The notes: generated by a model not told the origin, from the sequence alone. Counted from the first letter of the stretch, positions 9,943 to 20,320 are shown. The stretch is DNA of 64,000 nucleotides from an uncultured bacterium (GCA_965112635.1 OZ218778.1:128001-192000); one strand, 5' to 3'. Numbers and translations: made by a program.

Positions 9943-9986
9943 AGCGCCTAGAACACCACGGGCAAAGCCCGTGGATGAATAGGCGC
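9943..9986 (-). mobile_element. Solo IS200/IS605-type end hairpin (remnant)
   Basis: Minus strand GCCTATTCATCCACGGGCTTTGCCCGTGGTGTTCTAGGC has the same layout as the second hairpin of the elements at 32288 and 40696. Confidence 0.55.
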
Positions 9987-10125
9987 AGGTGTAATAAATA
10001 CAATCCTCTCCGAGAGGATTCCAAAGGAGGATACTCCTTTGGTCAGCCAGCGTAGCTGGCTGAATGTTTTAGTGTCTAACTTTTGTTATAATCCTTATCA
10101 ATCAATTTCTCAAAAGGACAAAAAC

Positions 10126-11352
10126 TTGGATTTAAAAAGCAAAGAAATCGTTATTTTACGTGACTTGGCCAAGAGGGTGGCCGAGATCGCCGCACTGCCG
10201 GAGCAGGATATCAAAAGAAAGCTCTGGTACCAGCACAACGCTTTAAAGTCTGAAAAGGTCATGGTGCTTTGTTTTCCTGAGAACGGCTGGGCTGAACTGC
10301 TCCCGGACAGTGTGTTGCAGACCAAGGATCCCCTGTTTCGGGAAATGGAAAATAACCTGCGTATGAATATCTATATGCATGAACATATCCACGACGACAA
10401 TGTCCTGGATAATTTTTATGACCTAAATTATGTTTATGAGCGTAGCGATTACGGCCTGACCATGAAGAAGATCAAGAGCACCATGGAAACAGGCTCCTAC
10501 ACCTGGGAAGCCCCCCTGAAAGACCTGGAAGATATTGAGAAGCTTAAACCTTGCACCATCACCATTGACCAGGCCAAGACCAAAGAACGAATAGAACTGG
10601 CCCAGGAAGTGTTCGGAGATATTTTAAAAGTACGCCTCAAGGGCGGCTTTTTCTGGGGAGTGGGCCTGACCTGGAAACTGATCGACTTGCGCGGTTTGGA
10701 ACAAGTCATGATCGATCTCTCGGAGAACAGCGAGTGGCTGCACCGGGTCATGCAGTTCCTCCAAAAGAACATGATGCAGGAGCTGAATTTTTATGAAAAA
10801 AACAACCTGCTCAGCTTGAACAACGACAACGATTACGTGGGCTCTGGAGGACTTGGTTTTACCCACGAACTGCCGCAGGATGATTTTAACGGCCGGGTGA
10901 GATTAAAAGATATGTGGGGTTTCGCCGAGGCCCAGCCTCTAACCGGCGTCTCGCCCCGGATGCTGGATGAGTTTTCCCTGCAGTACGAACTGCCTTTGCT
11001 GGCCCGGTTCGGCCTGAACTGCTACGGCTGCTGCGAACCTCTGGACAAAAAATACAGCCTGGTCAAAAAGGTCCCTAATCTGCGCCGCGTCTCGGTCTCG
11101 CCTTTTGCCGATGTCGAGATCGCAGCCAGGGAATTGCAGGACAAATACATCTTTTCCTGGAAACCCTCGCCCACGGACATGGCCAATCCCCATTTTGACG
11201 AGCGGAAGATAAGGGAATACATCCAGCGGACGCTGGACATCGCCAAAGGCTGTGTCCTGGAGATAGTCCTAAAAGACCTGACCACGGTAAACCATGACCC
11301 CAGCCGCATTGACCGCTGGACCTCCATAGCCAAGGAGCTCACCAAAGGATAA
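10126..11352 (+). CDS. Conserved protein with uroporphyrinogen decarboxylase/MtaA-like TIM barrel, function unknown
   Basis: LRGLEQVMIDL..VSPRMLDEF..YGCCEP..VSVSPFAD..WKPSP pattern; TTG start chosen after AAAGGA (ORF track starts at 10039). Confidence 0.65.
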   Translation: MDLKSKEIVILRDLAKRVAEIAALPEQDIKRKLWYQHNALKSEKVMVLCFPENGWAELLPDSVLQTKDPLFREMENNLRMNIYMHEHIHDDNVLDNFYDLNYVYERSDYGLTMKKIKSTMETGSYTWEAPLKDLEDIEKLKPCTITIDQAKTKERIELAQEVFGDILKVRLKGGFFWGVGLTWKLIDLRGLEQVMIDLSENSEWLHRVMQFLQKNMMQELNFYEKNNLLSLNNDNDYVGSGGLGFTHELPQDDFNGRVRLKDMWGFAEAQPLTGVSPRMLDEFSLQYELPLLARFGLNCYGCCEPLDKKYSLVKKVPNLRRVSVSPFADVEIAARELQDKYIFSWKPSPTDMANPHFDERKIREYIQRTLDIAKGCVLEIVLKDLTTVNHDPSRIDRWTSIAKELTKG

Positions 11353-11420
11353 GTTCCCCCTCCTTTGCAACTCTTTTTGGGCCCAATTGGGACAGAATAT
11401 AAATTAAATAAGGAGATCGC

Positions 11421-12818
11421 TTGAAAGACTTTACCAAGGGAAATATTTTCCAGCAGTTGGTCGAATTTTCCATCCCCATGCTCCTGGCCAACCTGCTGCA
11501 GGCGGCCTACTCCATCGTCGACGCCATCTGGGTGGGCCGCTTGATCGGCTATGAAGCTTTTGCCGCGGTGAGCGTGACCATGCCACTGGTGTTTTTCCTG
11601 GTCTCGGCCGTCATCGGCATGACCATGTCCACCAACATCCTGATCGGACAGGCCTATGGTTCCCGCAACTTCGCCTACATGAAAAAGGTCCTGAGCAATT
11701 CCTTCATCTCCACCATGCTTATCGCCCTGGTCATCTCGGTTTTGAGCATCGTCTTTACGGGACCCCTGCTCCACTTGCTCAACACCCCCGAAAAGCTCAA
11801 GCCCTACGCCCACACATTTTTTCTCATCGCCGTGTCCGGGCTGGTCTTTTCCTTCGGTTACAACTGGTTTGGCGCGGTCATGCGGGGACTGGGCGACTCC
11901 AAGACCCCGCTCATCCTGCTCGTGTATTCCACGGCCCTCAACATCCTGTTCGTGCCCATCCTCATCCTGGGGTTTGGGCCTATCCCGCCCCTGGGCGTGG
12001 CTGGCGCGGCCCTGGGCACGGTCATCTCCAGCTTTCTCATCCTGGTTTGGGCCTATGTTTTCGTCCTAAGAAAGCACCCGGTGCTCAATGCGCATAACTG
12101 GGATTTCACCCCGGACTGGACCATCATCCGCAAAATATTTTCTATCGGCATCCCCATCTCCTTCCAGATGTCCATCGTCTCCCTGAGCGGCCTGTTCATC
12201 GTGTCCCTGGTCAACACCTTTGGGCCGGCTGTGGCCGCGGCCTACGGCATCGGCATGCGCCTGGACCAACTCGCCATCCTGCCGGCCATGGCTATCGGCA
12301 TGAGCGTCTCCTCCATGGTCGCCCAGAACCTCGGGGCCAAAGAGCACGGCCGGGTCAAGGAACTGGTCCGGCTCTCCCTGCTCACCGCGCTTGGCCTGTC
12401 CACCCTGTTTTTTGGCATCATCTACGGTTTCCCCCGCCTCATCGCCTCGGTTTTCACGCGTGAACTGCCTGTCGTGGACCTGACCGTGGACTATATCCGC
12501 ATCGTGGCCTTTACCTATTTCACTTTTTCAGTAATGAATGTACTGCAGAGCATCGTGCGCGGGGCCGGAGACACTTTTTACATGATGGTCTTTTCGCTCG
12601 TTGGGCTCATCATTGTCCGCTATCCGCTGGCCTTGTGGCTGTCCAAAACAGCTCTGCAGGAAAGGGGTATCTGGCTGGGTATTCTACTCTCCACCGTGGT
12701 CGGTCTGACCATGAATTACCTTTATTATCGGAGCGGGCGCTGGAAACGGCTGACCATCCTGCCCAAAATGCCTCCGCAAACAGCCCTGGAACGGGAAATC
12801 GAAGAAAATATCGTATAG
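11421..12818 (+). CDS. MATE family efflux transporter
   Basis: DFTKGNI start, LQAAYSIVDAIWVG, RGLGDSKTPL, GVAGAALGT and RGAGDT motifs. Confidence 0.93.
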   Translation: MKDFTKGNIFQQLVEFSIPMLLANLLQAAYSIVDAIWVGRLIGYEAFAAVSVTMPLVFFLVSAVIGMTMSTNILIGQAYGSRNFAYMKKVLSNSFISTMLIALVISVLSIVFTGPLLHLLNTPEKLKPYAHTFFLIAVSGLVFSFGYNWFGAVMRGLGDSKTPLILLVYSTALNILFVPILILGFGPIPPLGVAGAALGTVISSFLILVWAYVFVLRKHPVLNAHNWDFTPDWTIIRKIFSIGIPISFQMSIVSLSGLFIVSLVNTFGPAVAAAYGIGMRLDQLAILPAMAIGMSVSSMVAQNLGAKEHGRVKELVRLSLLTALGLSTLFFGIIYGFPRLIASVFTRELPVVDLTVDYIRIVAFTYFTFSVMNVLQSIVRGAGDTFYMMVFSLVGLIIVRYPLALWLSKTALQERGIWLGILLSTVVGLTMNYLYYRSGRWKRLTILPKMPPQTALEREIEENIV

Positions 12819-12884
12819 AAGGAATTAACTGCGTATTAGGGATATAATTTGCACTACTAATTCGTGGAGGGGAGGCCGTCACCC

Positions 12885-13412
12885 ATGTTCACCCTGAACA
12901 CCCGCAACTTCATCATCATCCTTGTGGTCCTTCTGGGCCTTTTGGCGTATATGGTCATGCACCGCCCGGCATCTAACAGCGCTCCCCCTGCTGCCGGGAC
13001 GACAGCTGGCTCCGGTTTTGTGGACATCGACAGCAGACCCTTGGTCCTGGACGGCTGCAAAGGAAAGGTTTTGATCGTGGATTTTTGGGCCACCTGGTGC
13101 GGCCCCTGCAGGCGCGAGCTCCCTAATGTCATCGGCATCTATAACAAATACCATTCCCAAGGCTTGGATATCACGGGCGTCAGCGCAGACAATATGCCCA
13201 GGGAAGAATTCAGGGCTTGGCTTCAGCAAGCCGGTATCGGCTGGCCTCAATATTGGGACGGTCTGGGCTGGGGCAACAAGGTCTTCGCGCAATACGGCAT
13301 CCGGTCCATCCCCGCCACTTTCATCTACGACCGGCAGGGTAAGCTGGCCGCCCAAAATCTGCGTGGCCCTGACCTGGAAGCCAAAGTCGCCGAGCTGCTC
13401 GGTTCACACTAA
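12885..13412 (+). CDS. TlpA-family membrane-anchored thioredoxin
   Basis: N-terminal TM segment, DFWATWCGPC, cis-Pro motif IPAT. Confidence 0.9.
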   Translation: MFTLNTRNFIIILVVLLGLLAYMVMHRPASNSAPPAAGTTAGSGFVDIDSRPLVLDGCKGKVLIVDFWATWCGPCRRELPNVIGIYNKYHSQGLDITGVSADNMPREEFRAWLQQAGIGWPQYWDGLGWGNKVFAQYGIRSIPATFIYDRQGKLAAQNLRGPDLEAKVAELLGSH

Positions 13413-13425
13413 AGTGAAATTGAAA

Positions 13426-13455
13426 ACACCGCAAACCCCTGCGGTTTTGCGGTGT
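13426..13455. terminator. Hairpin between convergent genes (possible terminator)
   Basis: ACACCGCAAACC...GGTTTTGCGGTGT inverted repeat. Confidence 0.5.
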
Positions 13456-13503
13456 AGTAGGCTGCTAAAGGACCCTGTATTTAAGTTTTTCAGCAGCCTG
13501 CTA
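13455..13503. mobile_element. Miniature inverted-repeat remnant with IS5/IS1182-like ends
   Basis: TAGTAGGCTGCTAAAG ... TTTTTCAGCAGCCTGCTA inverted repeats 15 bp apart; the right repeat supplies the stop codon of the adjacent gene. Confidence 0.45.
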
Positions 13504-14308
13504 AATATTCTCTTAGTTTTTTCGCGTACTGGGGCAGGGCGATTTCCGGCTCCTCGATGTCCGGGCACCATTTCTTTTCCCACTCCACGGACAGCCAGCC
13601 CTGGTAATCGGCCCCCCGGAGCAGCTGGATAAGCTCCACGGTGGGCAGTTCACCCTGGCCTAAGAGCTGATATTTCCCTTCCAGACTCCCGGCCTGGTTG
13701 CGCTTCCAGTCCTTGATATGGACATGGCGCAACCTGGACTTGATGTCCTCAAAGGTTTCCTTCACCGGTTCGCCGATGATGCAGGAGGAATTCATCACAT
13801 CCCAGAGGATGCCGGCTCCCTTGCCCGGCACGCCTTCCAGCACTTTTTTGGCGACAGTACCGTGGGCAAAAGCGTCATGGGTCTCCAAAAGCACGGCCAC
13901 GCCCAGCTGGCTGGCCCTTTTTTCCAGGACTTTAAACCCCTCGATGCAGCCCCTGACCGCGTCGTCCAGGGCCGTGCCTTTGGGCGGCCCGGCAAAGACC
14001 CGGACAAAAGGCGCTTTCCACTCCACGGCCATTTCCAAAAAAGCCAAACACTCCTTGACCTGTTCTTCCAGTTTCAAGGGGTCGGGCTGGGCCAGGCCCA
14101 CCGAGGTGTCCACGCACACCACCGGCATCCCGTTGTCCGTGCACAGGGATTTGACCTTCCTGCGTTTTTCCTTGTCCAACTGCCCTGTCATCAGCTCCTT
14201 GTCCAGCAGCCGGATTTCCAGTCCCTCGTAACCGTCCTTTTTGGCCTCTTCCACGCATTGCTCCAGAGTCCACTCCGGGCAGGCCAGGGTCGAATAGCAA
14301 AGTTTCAT
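13490..14308 (-). CDS. Sugar phosphate isomerase/epimerase (xylose isomerase-like TIM barrel)
   Basis: GYEGLEIR, LETHD, LWD, HVHIKD and SVEWE metal-ligand pattern. Confidence 0.88.
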   Translation of the reverse strand: MKLCYSTLACPEWTLEQCVEEAKKDGYEGLEIRLLDKELMTGQLDKEKRRKVKSLCTDNGMPVVCVDTSVGLAQPDPLKLEEQVKECLAFLEMAVEWKAPFVRVFAGPPKGTALDDAVRGCIEGFKVLEKRASQLGVAVLLETHDAFAHGTVAKKVLEGVPGKGAGILWDVMNSSCIIGEPVKETFEDIKSRLRHVHIKDWKRNQAGSLEGKYQLLGQGELPTVELIQLLRGADYQGWLSVEWEKKWCPDIEEPEIALPQYAKKLREYLAGC

Positions 14309-14336
14309 GGCGCCATTCCTTTCTTTTTTAGTTTTT

Positions 14337-14972
14337 TCACTTCTCCGCGATATGGACCTTGATCGGATAGCACAGGACCGATTCGCTGCCGAGGTATTTT
14401 AAGCCCGCCTCGGAAAACATCTGCCGGAACTCGGCCGTGCTGTACTGCTTGACGTGCGTTTTTTCCAGGGAGTGCATCTTGTTCTCGACCCACTTGGTAA
14501 AAACATCGTCCGGCGTGGCGTCCAGAATATACAGCCTGGCGTCCTGCTTCAGGACCCGGTACACTTCGGCCAGGGCATGCTTGGGGTTGGAATAGTGGTG
14601 GAAAGAAAAGGTGCAGATGGCGTTGTCAAAAAACCTGTGCCCGAACGGCAGGGCCTCGGAGCTGGCCACATGGAAGGAAACATTCTTTTGGCCGGCCGCG
14701 TTCGCCCTGGCCTTGGCGATCATTTTTTCCGAAATATCAATGCCCACGAAATTGCCTTTTCCCCGCCCTAACCCGGCCGCGTAACGCACGGCCCACCCTG
14801 TCCCGCACCCCAGGTCAAGGAAATTGGTGTCCGCCAGAGGGCCGATCATCTGGACCACCTTTTTTTGGAGATAACGGAAAACAAAATTCCACTTGTCAAA
14901 GGTCCTGGCCCACTGGTCGAACTTTTTCTGGTTGACCCTGTCGTGCTCGCTGAACTTTCCTGTTTTTCCCAT
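14337..14972 (-). CDS. Class I SAM-dependent methyltransferase
   Basis: FLDLGCGTG, GIDISEKM, LPF..FD, EVYRVLK; start uncertain (14972 or 14993). Confidence 0.85.
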   Translation of the reverse strand: MGKTGKFSEHDRVNQKKFDQWARTFDKWNFVFRYLQKKVVQMIGPLADTNFLDLGCGTGWAVRYAAGLGRGKGNFVGIDISEKMIAKARANAAGQKNVSFHVASSEALPFGHRFFDNAICTFSFHHYSNPKHALAEVYRVLKQDARLYILDATPDDVFTKWVENKMHSLEKTHVKQYSTAEFRQMFSEAGLKYLGSESVLCYPIKVHIAEK

Positions 14973-15595
14973 TACTTTGCCTCGTAGAACCATATCTTTT
15001 GATCCACCTTATACTTGCTCCCGTCCTCATTATAAACAATAGCCGTGACAATGTATTCCCCCTCATCGATGACCGTGTCCTTTTTTAAGGGCACATTGTA
15101 TTCAAACCCGTAGGTCTGGGTATTGCCGTCATAGGGCAGGGTGATGACCGGAGGGTCGTCAATATCTAAGGTCAGATCGACCCTGGACGCCCCAGGAGCT
15201 GTGACCGCCACCTTGAACCTGTCTCCGTAGTGCAGGGTGGAGGGCGCGACCATCAAAGTCGCCAGGGGAGCCTGCTGGCTGGCCGGCTGGCCGGGCTGGG
15301 GCGTGGGCTCCACAATAGGGGCCTGTTCATTGCTGTTTTCCGTGCCTGCCTTGCTCGGCTTGGCCTGGATGACCTTGTGTCTGGGGAATACGATCTCCGG
15401 CGTCGGAATTGGTACCGCAGATGGGTTTGCGCTATAGACTTGGCGCATCAAATTTTCCACGGAACCGCTGCTGCTAGGGGTGGGCACGGGCCTTTGGACC
15501 GGCCGGTTTTCCTCCAGGGTGGTTCCGCATCCGGTCAGCCAAAGCATTAGCCCTCCGGCTGCCAGACTTAAGACCGTTGTTTTTAATTTAACCAT
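14972..15595 (-). CDS. Putative lipoprotein with Pro-rich linker and C-terminal Ig-like beta domain
   Basis: Lipobox-like LTGC after a hydrophobic leader; start overlaps recJ stop. Confidence 0.6.
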   Translation of the reverse strand: MVKLKTTVLSLAAGGLMLWLTGCGTTLEENRPVQRPVPTPSSSGSVENLMRQVYSANPSAVPIPTPEIVFPRHKVIQAKPSKAGTENSNEQAPIVEPTPQPGQPASQQAPLATLMVAPSTLHYGDRFKVAVTAPGASRVDLTLDIDDPPVITLPYDGNTQTYGFEYNVPLKKDTVIDEGEYIVTAIVYNEDGSKYKVDQKIWFYEAK

Positions 15596-17294
15596 TTTTA
15601 GACACACGGAAATCTTTGACCTCCAACTGCACGGTTTCCTGGTCATTCCACCTGTTGATGGATGGTGAAAAGACCAGGTCTATGTCCAGGCCGGGAAGCA
15701 GCTCCCCGAACCTATCCGCCTCGCGGAACAGGATAGCGTCCCGGAAAACCCCGTTGGACTTGACGCTGAACTTGATATGCTTGTCCCCGCCCACCAGTTT
15801 GGGGTTCCCGGCCACCTGGACCCTCCGGGTCCCCAGCAAAGGTCCTGGGTTGCCCACTCCCAGAGGCGCCAGCTTTTCCAGGTCAGCCACCAGGCGGGCG
15901 TCAACATCCTGAAGAGGCACCTCCGCGTCTATCCGCAGTTTGGCCTGGAGCGCTTCGGAGGACACGCCTCCCTCAGCCAGCTTTAAGAACGCCTCCTCGA
16001 ACTCGGTCAGTTTGTCCTTTTCCACGGACAACCCCGCGGCCATGCTGTGGCCTCCGAACTTGACCAGGGATTTGCCGCATTTTTCCAAAGCCTGCGTGAT
16101 GTCAAAACCCTCCACCGACCTGGCCGAGCCTTTGCCCTGGCCCAGCTGGAAACTCACCACCACGGCCGGCCTGCTATAACTCTCCACCAGCCGCGAGGCC
16201 ACCAGCCCGATGACGCCGGGATGCCACCGCTCGTCGCTCACCACAATGGCCTTTTTATACTTTCCGTCCAGGTCGGTTTCCACCTTTGTCTTGGCCTCCG
16301 CGACGGCCTTGCGTTCCATCTCCTGCCTCTGCTTGTTGACCTGGTCCAGGGTGCGGGAGGCCGGCAAAGCGCCCTGGTAAGAGGGGCTCAAAAGCACCCG
16401 CAGGCCCAGGCTCGGGTCGCCTATCCTTCCGCCGGCATTGAGGCGGGGGCCCAGTATAAAAGCCAGGTGATAGCTGGCCAAAACCTTGTCCCCGATCCCC
16501 GCGATCTCCTTGAGGGCTTTTAGTCCTGGCCGGATCTGGTCATTCATCAGCCGGAGGCCCTGGTCCGTGATATAACGGTTTTCCCCATATAAAGGCACCA
16601 TATCCGACACCGTACCCAGGGCCGCCAAGTCAAAATAAGACTGGCTGCGGCTGGCTTTGCCCGCTGATTCATAAAGGGCCTGGCATACTTTAAGGCACAG
16701 CCCGGAGGCGCATAAATGGTCAAAGGGATAGGTGCAGTCCGGCTGGTGCGGGTTGATGAAGGTGTTGGAGGGCGGCACCTGCTCCACGACCTCGTGATGG
16801 TCCACCACCAGGACTTCCATCCCAAGCTCCCTGGCCCGGAGGATCTCCGTGGCCGAGGTCGTCCCCGAATCAATGCAGACCAGGACCTTGGTGCCGCCTT
16901 TGGCCAGGAATTCCACGGCCGGGATATTGAGGCCGTAGCCCTCCTTGAGCCGGTCGGGAAAGTAGTAAAACACCGTGCCGCCCAGCGTCTCGATCGTATG
17001 GTGCAGGATGGCCGTGCCGCTGATGCCGTCCACGTCGTAATCGCCGTAAAGCGTGATGCGCCGCTTGTCCTGGACGGCCCGCCAGAGGATATCCACCGTC
17101 TCCTTCATCCCCTTGATGTCCCAGCAGGAGGCGCTGAATCCGGGTTTTTTTTCCAGGAACACCCGTGCCTGCTCCTCGGTTTTATACCCGCGATTGATCA
17201 GGATCTGGGAAAGGAATGGGGTGATGCCGAGCTTGGCGGAAAGTTCTTTTTGCAGGTTCAGGGAAGGCGTGACGATCAACCAGGATTTGGGCAT
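15588..17294 (-). CDS. recJ: Single-stranded-DNA exonuclease RecJ
   Basis: YGDYDVDG, EGYGL, DHH, GPRLNAGGR and GGHSMAAG motifs. Confidence 0.96.
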   Translation of the reverse strand: MPKSWLIVTPSLNLQKELSAKLGITPFLSQILINRGYKTEEQARVFLEKKPGFSASCWDIKGMKETVDILWRAVQDKRRITLYGDYDVDGISGTAILHHTIETLGGTVFYYFPDRLKEGYGLNIPAVEFLAKGGTKVLVCIDSGTTSATEILRARELGMEVLVVDHHEVVEQVPPSNTFINPHQPDCTYPFDHLCASGLCLKVCQALYESAGKASRSQSYFDLAALGTVSDMVPLYGENRYITDQGLRLMNDQIRPGLKALKEIAGIGDKVLASYHLAFILGPRLNAGGRIGDPSLGLRVLLSPSYQGALPASRTLDQVNKQRQEMERKAVAEAKTKVETDLDGKYKKAIVVSDERWHPGVIGLVASRLVESYSRPAVVVSFQLGQGKGSARSVEGFDITQALEKCGKSLVKFGGHSMAAGLSVEKDKLTEFEEAFLKLAEGGVSSEALQAKLRIDAEVPLQDVDARLVADLEKLAPLGVGNPGPLLGTRRVQVAGNPKLVGGDKHIKFSVKSNGVFRDAILFREADRFGELLPGLDIDLVFSPSINRWNDQETVQLEVKDFRVSKNG

Positions 17295-17296
17295 GC

Positions 17297-17962
17297 TCAG
17301 AACGGGGTGTTCTTTTTGCTGAACACATCCGGCGACACGATGCCTCCGGACATGACCAGCTTGATGCCGTCCTCCACGGAGAGCTCCAGGGGGGTCACTT
17401 CCGGGGCCTCGCAGAACACCGTGTAGCCGAGGTAAAGCTGATTGGTCGGCACGAACACGTGCAGGACCTTTTTGGCCCCCTCTCCCGCCGGGATGACGCT
17501 GTCCCGGGTGACGAACCCGAGCGAGTAGTTGCCCTTGCGGGGATACTCGATGAGGACCACGGCCCGGAAACTTTTTTTCCCCGAACCGATGGTCTCAGCC
17601 ATTTGCTTGGCCGCGTGGTAGATATTGCCCATGACCGGGATGTGCGTGATCAGGGACTCCAGCCACTCAAAGAATCGCTTGCCGAAAATATTGGTGGACA
17701 GGTAGCCGACGAAGACCAGGATGATGACGGCCAGCACCAGGCCCAGGATGGTCATGACCTGGTATTTGAGCAGGATGTCGAAAAGGCCGGGGGCCATGAT
17801 GTACTGCAGGGCGGTCTTTCCCAGGGGCCCCACCCAGTATTCCAGGAGCCGGTAAAGGACCAGCAGGATGAAATAGGTGACGAGCAGGGGCAAAAAGGTG
17901 ATGAGCCCCGTGATGAAATAGCCCCTCAACCTGACCCTGAACTTATCTTTTTTCTCGACCAA
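17297..17962 (-). CDS. DUF502-family membrane protein
   Basis: YFITGL, IPVMGNIYHAAKQ, VVLIEYPRKG, VFVPT and LVMSGG pattern. Confidence 0.85.
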   Translation of the reverse strand: MVEKKDKFRVRLRGYFITGLITFLPLLVTYFILLVLYRLLEYWVGPLGKTALQYIMAPGLFDILLKYQVMTILGLVLAVIILVFVGYLSTNIFGKRFFEWLESLITHIPVMGNIYHAAKQMAETIGSGKKSFRAVVLIEYPRKGNYSLGFVTRDSVIPAGEGAKKVLHVFVPTNQLYLGYTVFCEAPEVTPLELSVEDGIKLVMSGGIVSPDVFSKKNTPF

Positions 17963-18071
17963 GGGACCTCCTTAGGCTTTTGACTGACCGGTTGATTTTA
18001 CCATTAATTAAAGGAGTGGTTACATAACTATCATGCTAAAAAAGCCTTGGAATGCGGGGAAAACGGGCGGC

Positions 18072-19004
18072 TTACTGGTTGTGGGGCTTTTTGGAGGTCA
18101 AAACTTCCCACTCCACCAGGATGGGGCTGGCCACGTAGACCGAGGAGTAAGTCCCCACGCACACCCCGAAAAGCATGGCCCAGGAAAAGTCGTGGATGAC
18201 GTCCCCGCCCAGGAAATAAAGGGCCAGGAGCACGAGCAGGACGGTGGAGGAGGTGATGATGGTCCGGCTCAGGACTTCGTTGACGCTCTTGTTGATGACC
18301 TCCCCGTAGGTCTCTTTGCGCCGGTAACGCAGGTTTTCGCGGATGCGGTCAAAGACCACGACCGTGTCGGTCAGGGAATAGCCGGCCAGGGTCAGCAGGG
18401 CCGTGATGATCAGGAGCGTGAACTCCTTGTGGAAGATCCACAGCATGCCGATGGTGGCCAGGACGTCGTGCAGGGTGGCGATGGCCGCGGCCACGCCGAA
18501 GCTGAAATCGAACCTTATCCAGATATAGGCCATGATGCCTATGAGGGCCCAGAACACGGCCCACAGCGCCTGCTGCCGCAGCTGCGACCCCACCGCCGGC
18601 CCGACCTCTTCGCTGCTGATCTTGCCTTTGTCCACGGGGTTGTCCGGGAACGCCTTGGTGAGGGCGTCGATGAGTTTGCCCGCCACGCCCGCGCCCACGG
18701 ACTCGGTCTGGGCCACCCGGACCAGGACCATGTTGTCGCTATCGCCCAGCTTCTGGATGACCGACTCTTTCCAGCCGGCCTGCTCCAGGGCTACGCGAAT
18801 GGCGCCGATATCCACCGGCTTTTGGAACCCTATCTCGACCAGGGTCCCGCCGGCGAAATCAACGCCCAAAGGCGCGTTGCCCAGGAAGATCTGGACCGTG
18901 CCGATGATGCCCAGGGTCACCAGGACGCCGGACAGGCAAAAAGCGTACCGGCGCCACTTGATGAAGTCCCAAGAGGTCTTTTTCCATTTCAGCAGTTCGA
19001 ACAT
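18072..19004 (-). CDS. secF: Protein translocase subunit SecF
   Basis: GVDFAGG, VGPAVG, HDV, GYSLTDTVVVFDRIRE and GTYSS motifs. Confidence 0.96.
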   Translation of the reverse strand: MFELLKWKKTSWDFIKWRRYAFCLSGVLVTLGIIGTVQIFLGNAPLGVDFAGGTLVEIGFQKPVDIGAIRVALEQAGWKESVIQKLGDSDNMVLVRVAQTESVGAGVAGKLIDALTKAFPDNPVDKGKISSEEVGPAVGSQLRQQALWAVFWALIGIMAYIWIRFDFSFGVAAAIATLHDVLATIGMLWIFHKEFTLLIITALLTLAGYSLTDTVVVFDRIRENLRYRRKETYGEVINKSVNEVLSRTIITSSTVLLVLLALYFLGGDVIHDFSWAMLFGVCVGTYSSVYVASPILVEWEVLTSKKPHNQ

Positions 19005-19014
19005 TTTTCTCCCC

Positions 19015-20319
19015 CTAGATGCTCAGTGAAGAATACTGTTTTCTTAGGTCAAAGATGATCTTGGTGATGACCACGGCGGTAAAGAGGCTGATGACCACGC
19101 CCCAGAACAGGGTCACGGCGAATCCTTTGACCGGCCCGCTGCCGAACTGGAAGAGCACGGCGGCGGTGATGAGGGTGGTCACGTGCGAGTCGATGATGGT
19201 CCATAGCGCGTGGCTGTAACCGCCGTCAATGGCGGCCCGCACGGTCTTGCCGGCCCTCAGCTCCTCGCGTATCCTCTCGAAGATCAGCACGTTACTGTCC
19301 ACGGACATACCCATGGTCAGGATGATGCCGGCGATGCCCGGCATGGTCAGGGTGGCGTGCACCCCGCACAAAAAGGCCATCAGGAAAACGAAATTGACCA
19401 GCATCCCGATGTCCGCGATAAAGCCCGATATCCTGTAATAGATGATCATCCAGAGCATGACGGCGCAGATGCCCACGATGGCCGAAATAATGCCCGCTTT
19501 GATGGAATCCGCTCCCAGGGAAGGCCCGACCAGCTGGTTATGGATGATGGCGATGGGGGCCGGCAGAGCGCCTGACCTTAAGACCAGGGCCAGGTCCTTG
19601 GCCTCATCCAGCGAAAAATGCCCTTCGATCTGTCCCGAACCGCCGTCAATCCTGGTGCGGATGACCGGCGCGGAATAGACCCGGCCGTCCAGGATGATGG
19701 CCAGGTAGCGGCCGATGTTCTCGGAGGTCAGGTCCGCGAACTTGTCCGCGTACTCCTTGGTGAGGGTGAAATTGACCACCGGGCGCTGGTAGGAGTCCAT
19801 GACCACCTTGGCGTCGCTCAGGGCCGAGCCGGTCATGAGCTGCTTGCTCTCCAGCAGGTAGTATTTTTGCTCCTTGCCCGGCACGACTTCCAGGTCAGCC
19901 GGGACCTTGGACGGCATGGGGTCGCCGTTCTTGTCCAGATAATCGCTCAGGGAATGGGTGGTGTCCTGCAATTTGAACTCCAAAAGAGCGGTCTTGCCGA
20001 TGAGGTCTAACGCCCGGTCCTTGTCCTTGATGCCCGGGAGCTGGACCACGATCCATTTTTCGCCCTGCCTCTGGATGGAAGGCTCGGCCACGCCCAGCCC
20101 GTCCACGCGGTTGCGGATGATCTCCAAAGCTCTGTCCACGGCGTCGGCCGGCTTGGCCCCCACGGGCAGTTTGTCGGTCTGCACTTCCAGGACCAGGTGC
20201 AGCCCGCCCTGCAGGTCCAGCCCCAGGTTTATCTTTTGCTGGGGAGGATAGACCAGGTAAACGGCGTAAAATAACGCGGCGACAATGGCCAGGATGAGGA
20301 TCTTTTGAGGTGTGCCCAC
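19015..20319 (-). CDS. secD: Protein translocase subunit SecD
   Basis: LGLDLQGG, RVDGLGVAEP, GALP, VGPSLG and VDSNVLIFERIREE motifs. Confidence 0.96.
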   Translation of the reverse strand: MGTPQKILILAIVAALFYAVYLVYPPQQKINLGLDLQGGLHLVLEVQTDKLPVGAKPADAVDRALEIIRNRVDGLGVAEPSIQRQGEKWIVVQLPGIKDKDRALDLIGKTALLEFKLQDTTHSLSDYLDKNGDPMPSKVPADLEVVPGKEQKYYLLESKQLMTGSALSDAKVVMDSYQRPVVNFTLTKEYADKFADLTSENIGRYLAIILDGRVYSAPVIRTRIDGGSGQIEGHFSLDEAKDLALVLRSGALPAPIAIIHNQLVGPSLGADSIKAGIISAIVGICAVMLWMIIYYRISGFIADIGMLVNFVFLMAFLCGVHATLTMPGIAGIILTMGMSVDSNVLIFERIREELRAGKTVRAAIDGGYSHALWTIIDSHVTTLITAAVLFQFGSGPVKGFAVTLFWGVVISLFTAVVITKIIFDLRKQYSSLSI

Positions 20320-20320
20320 T

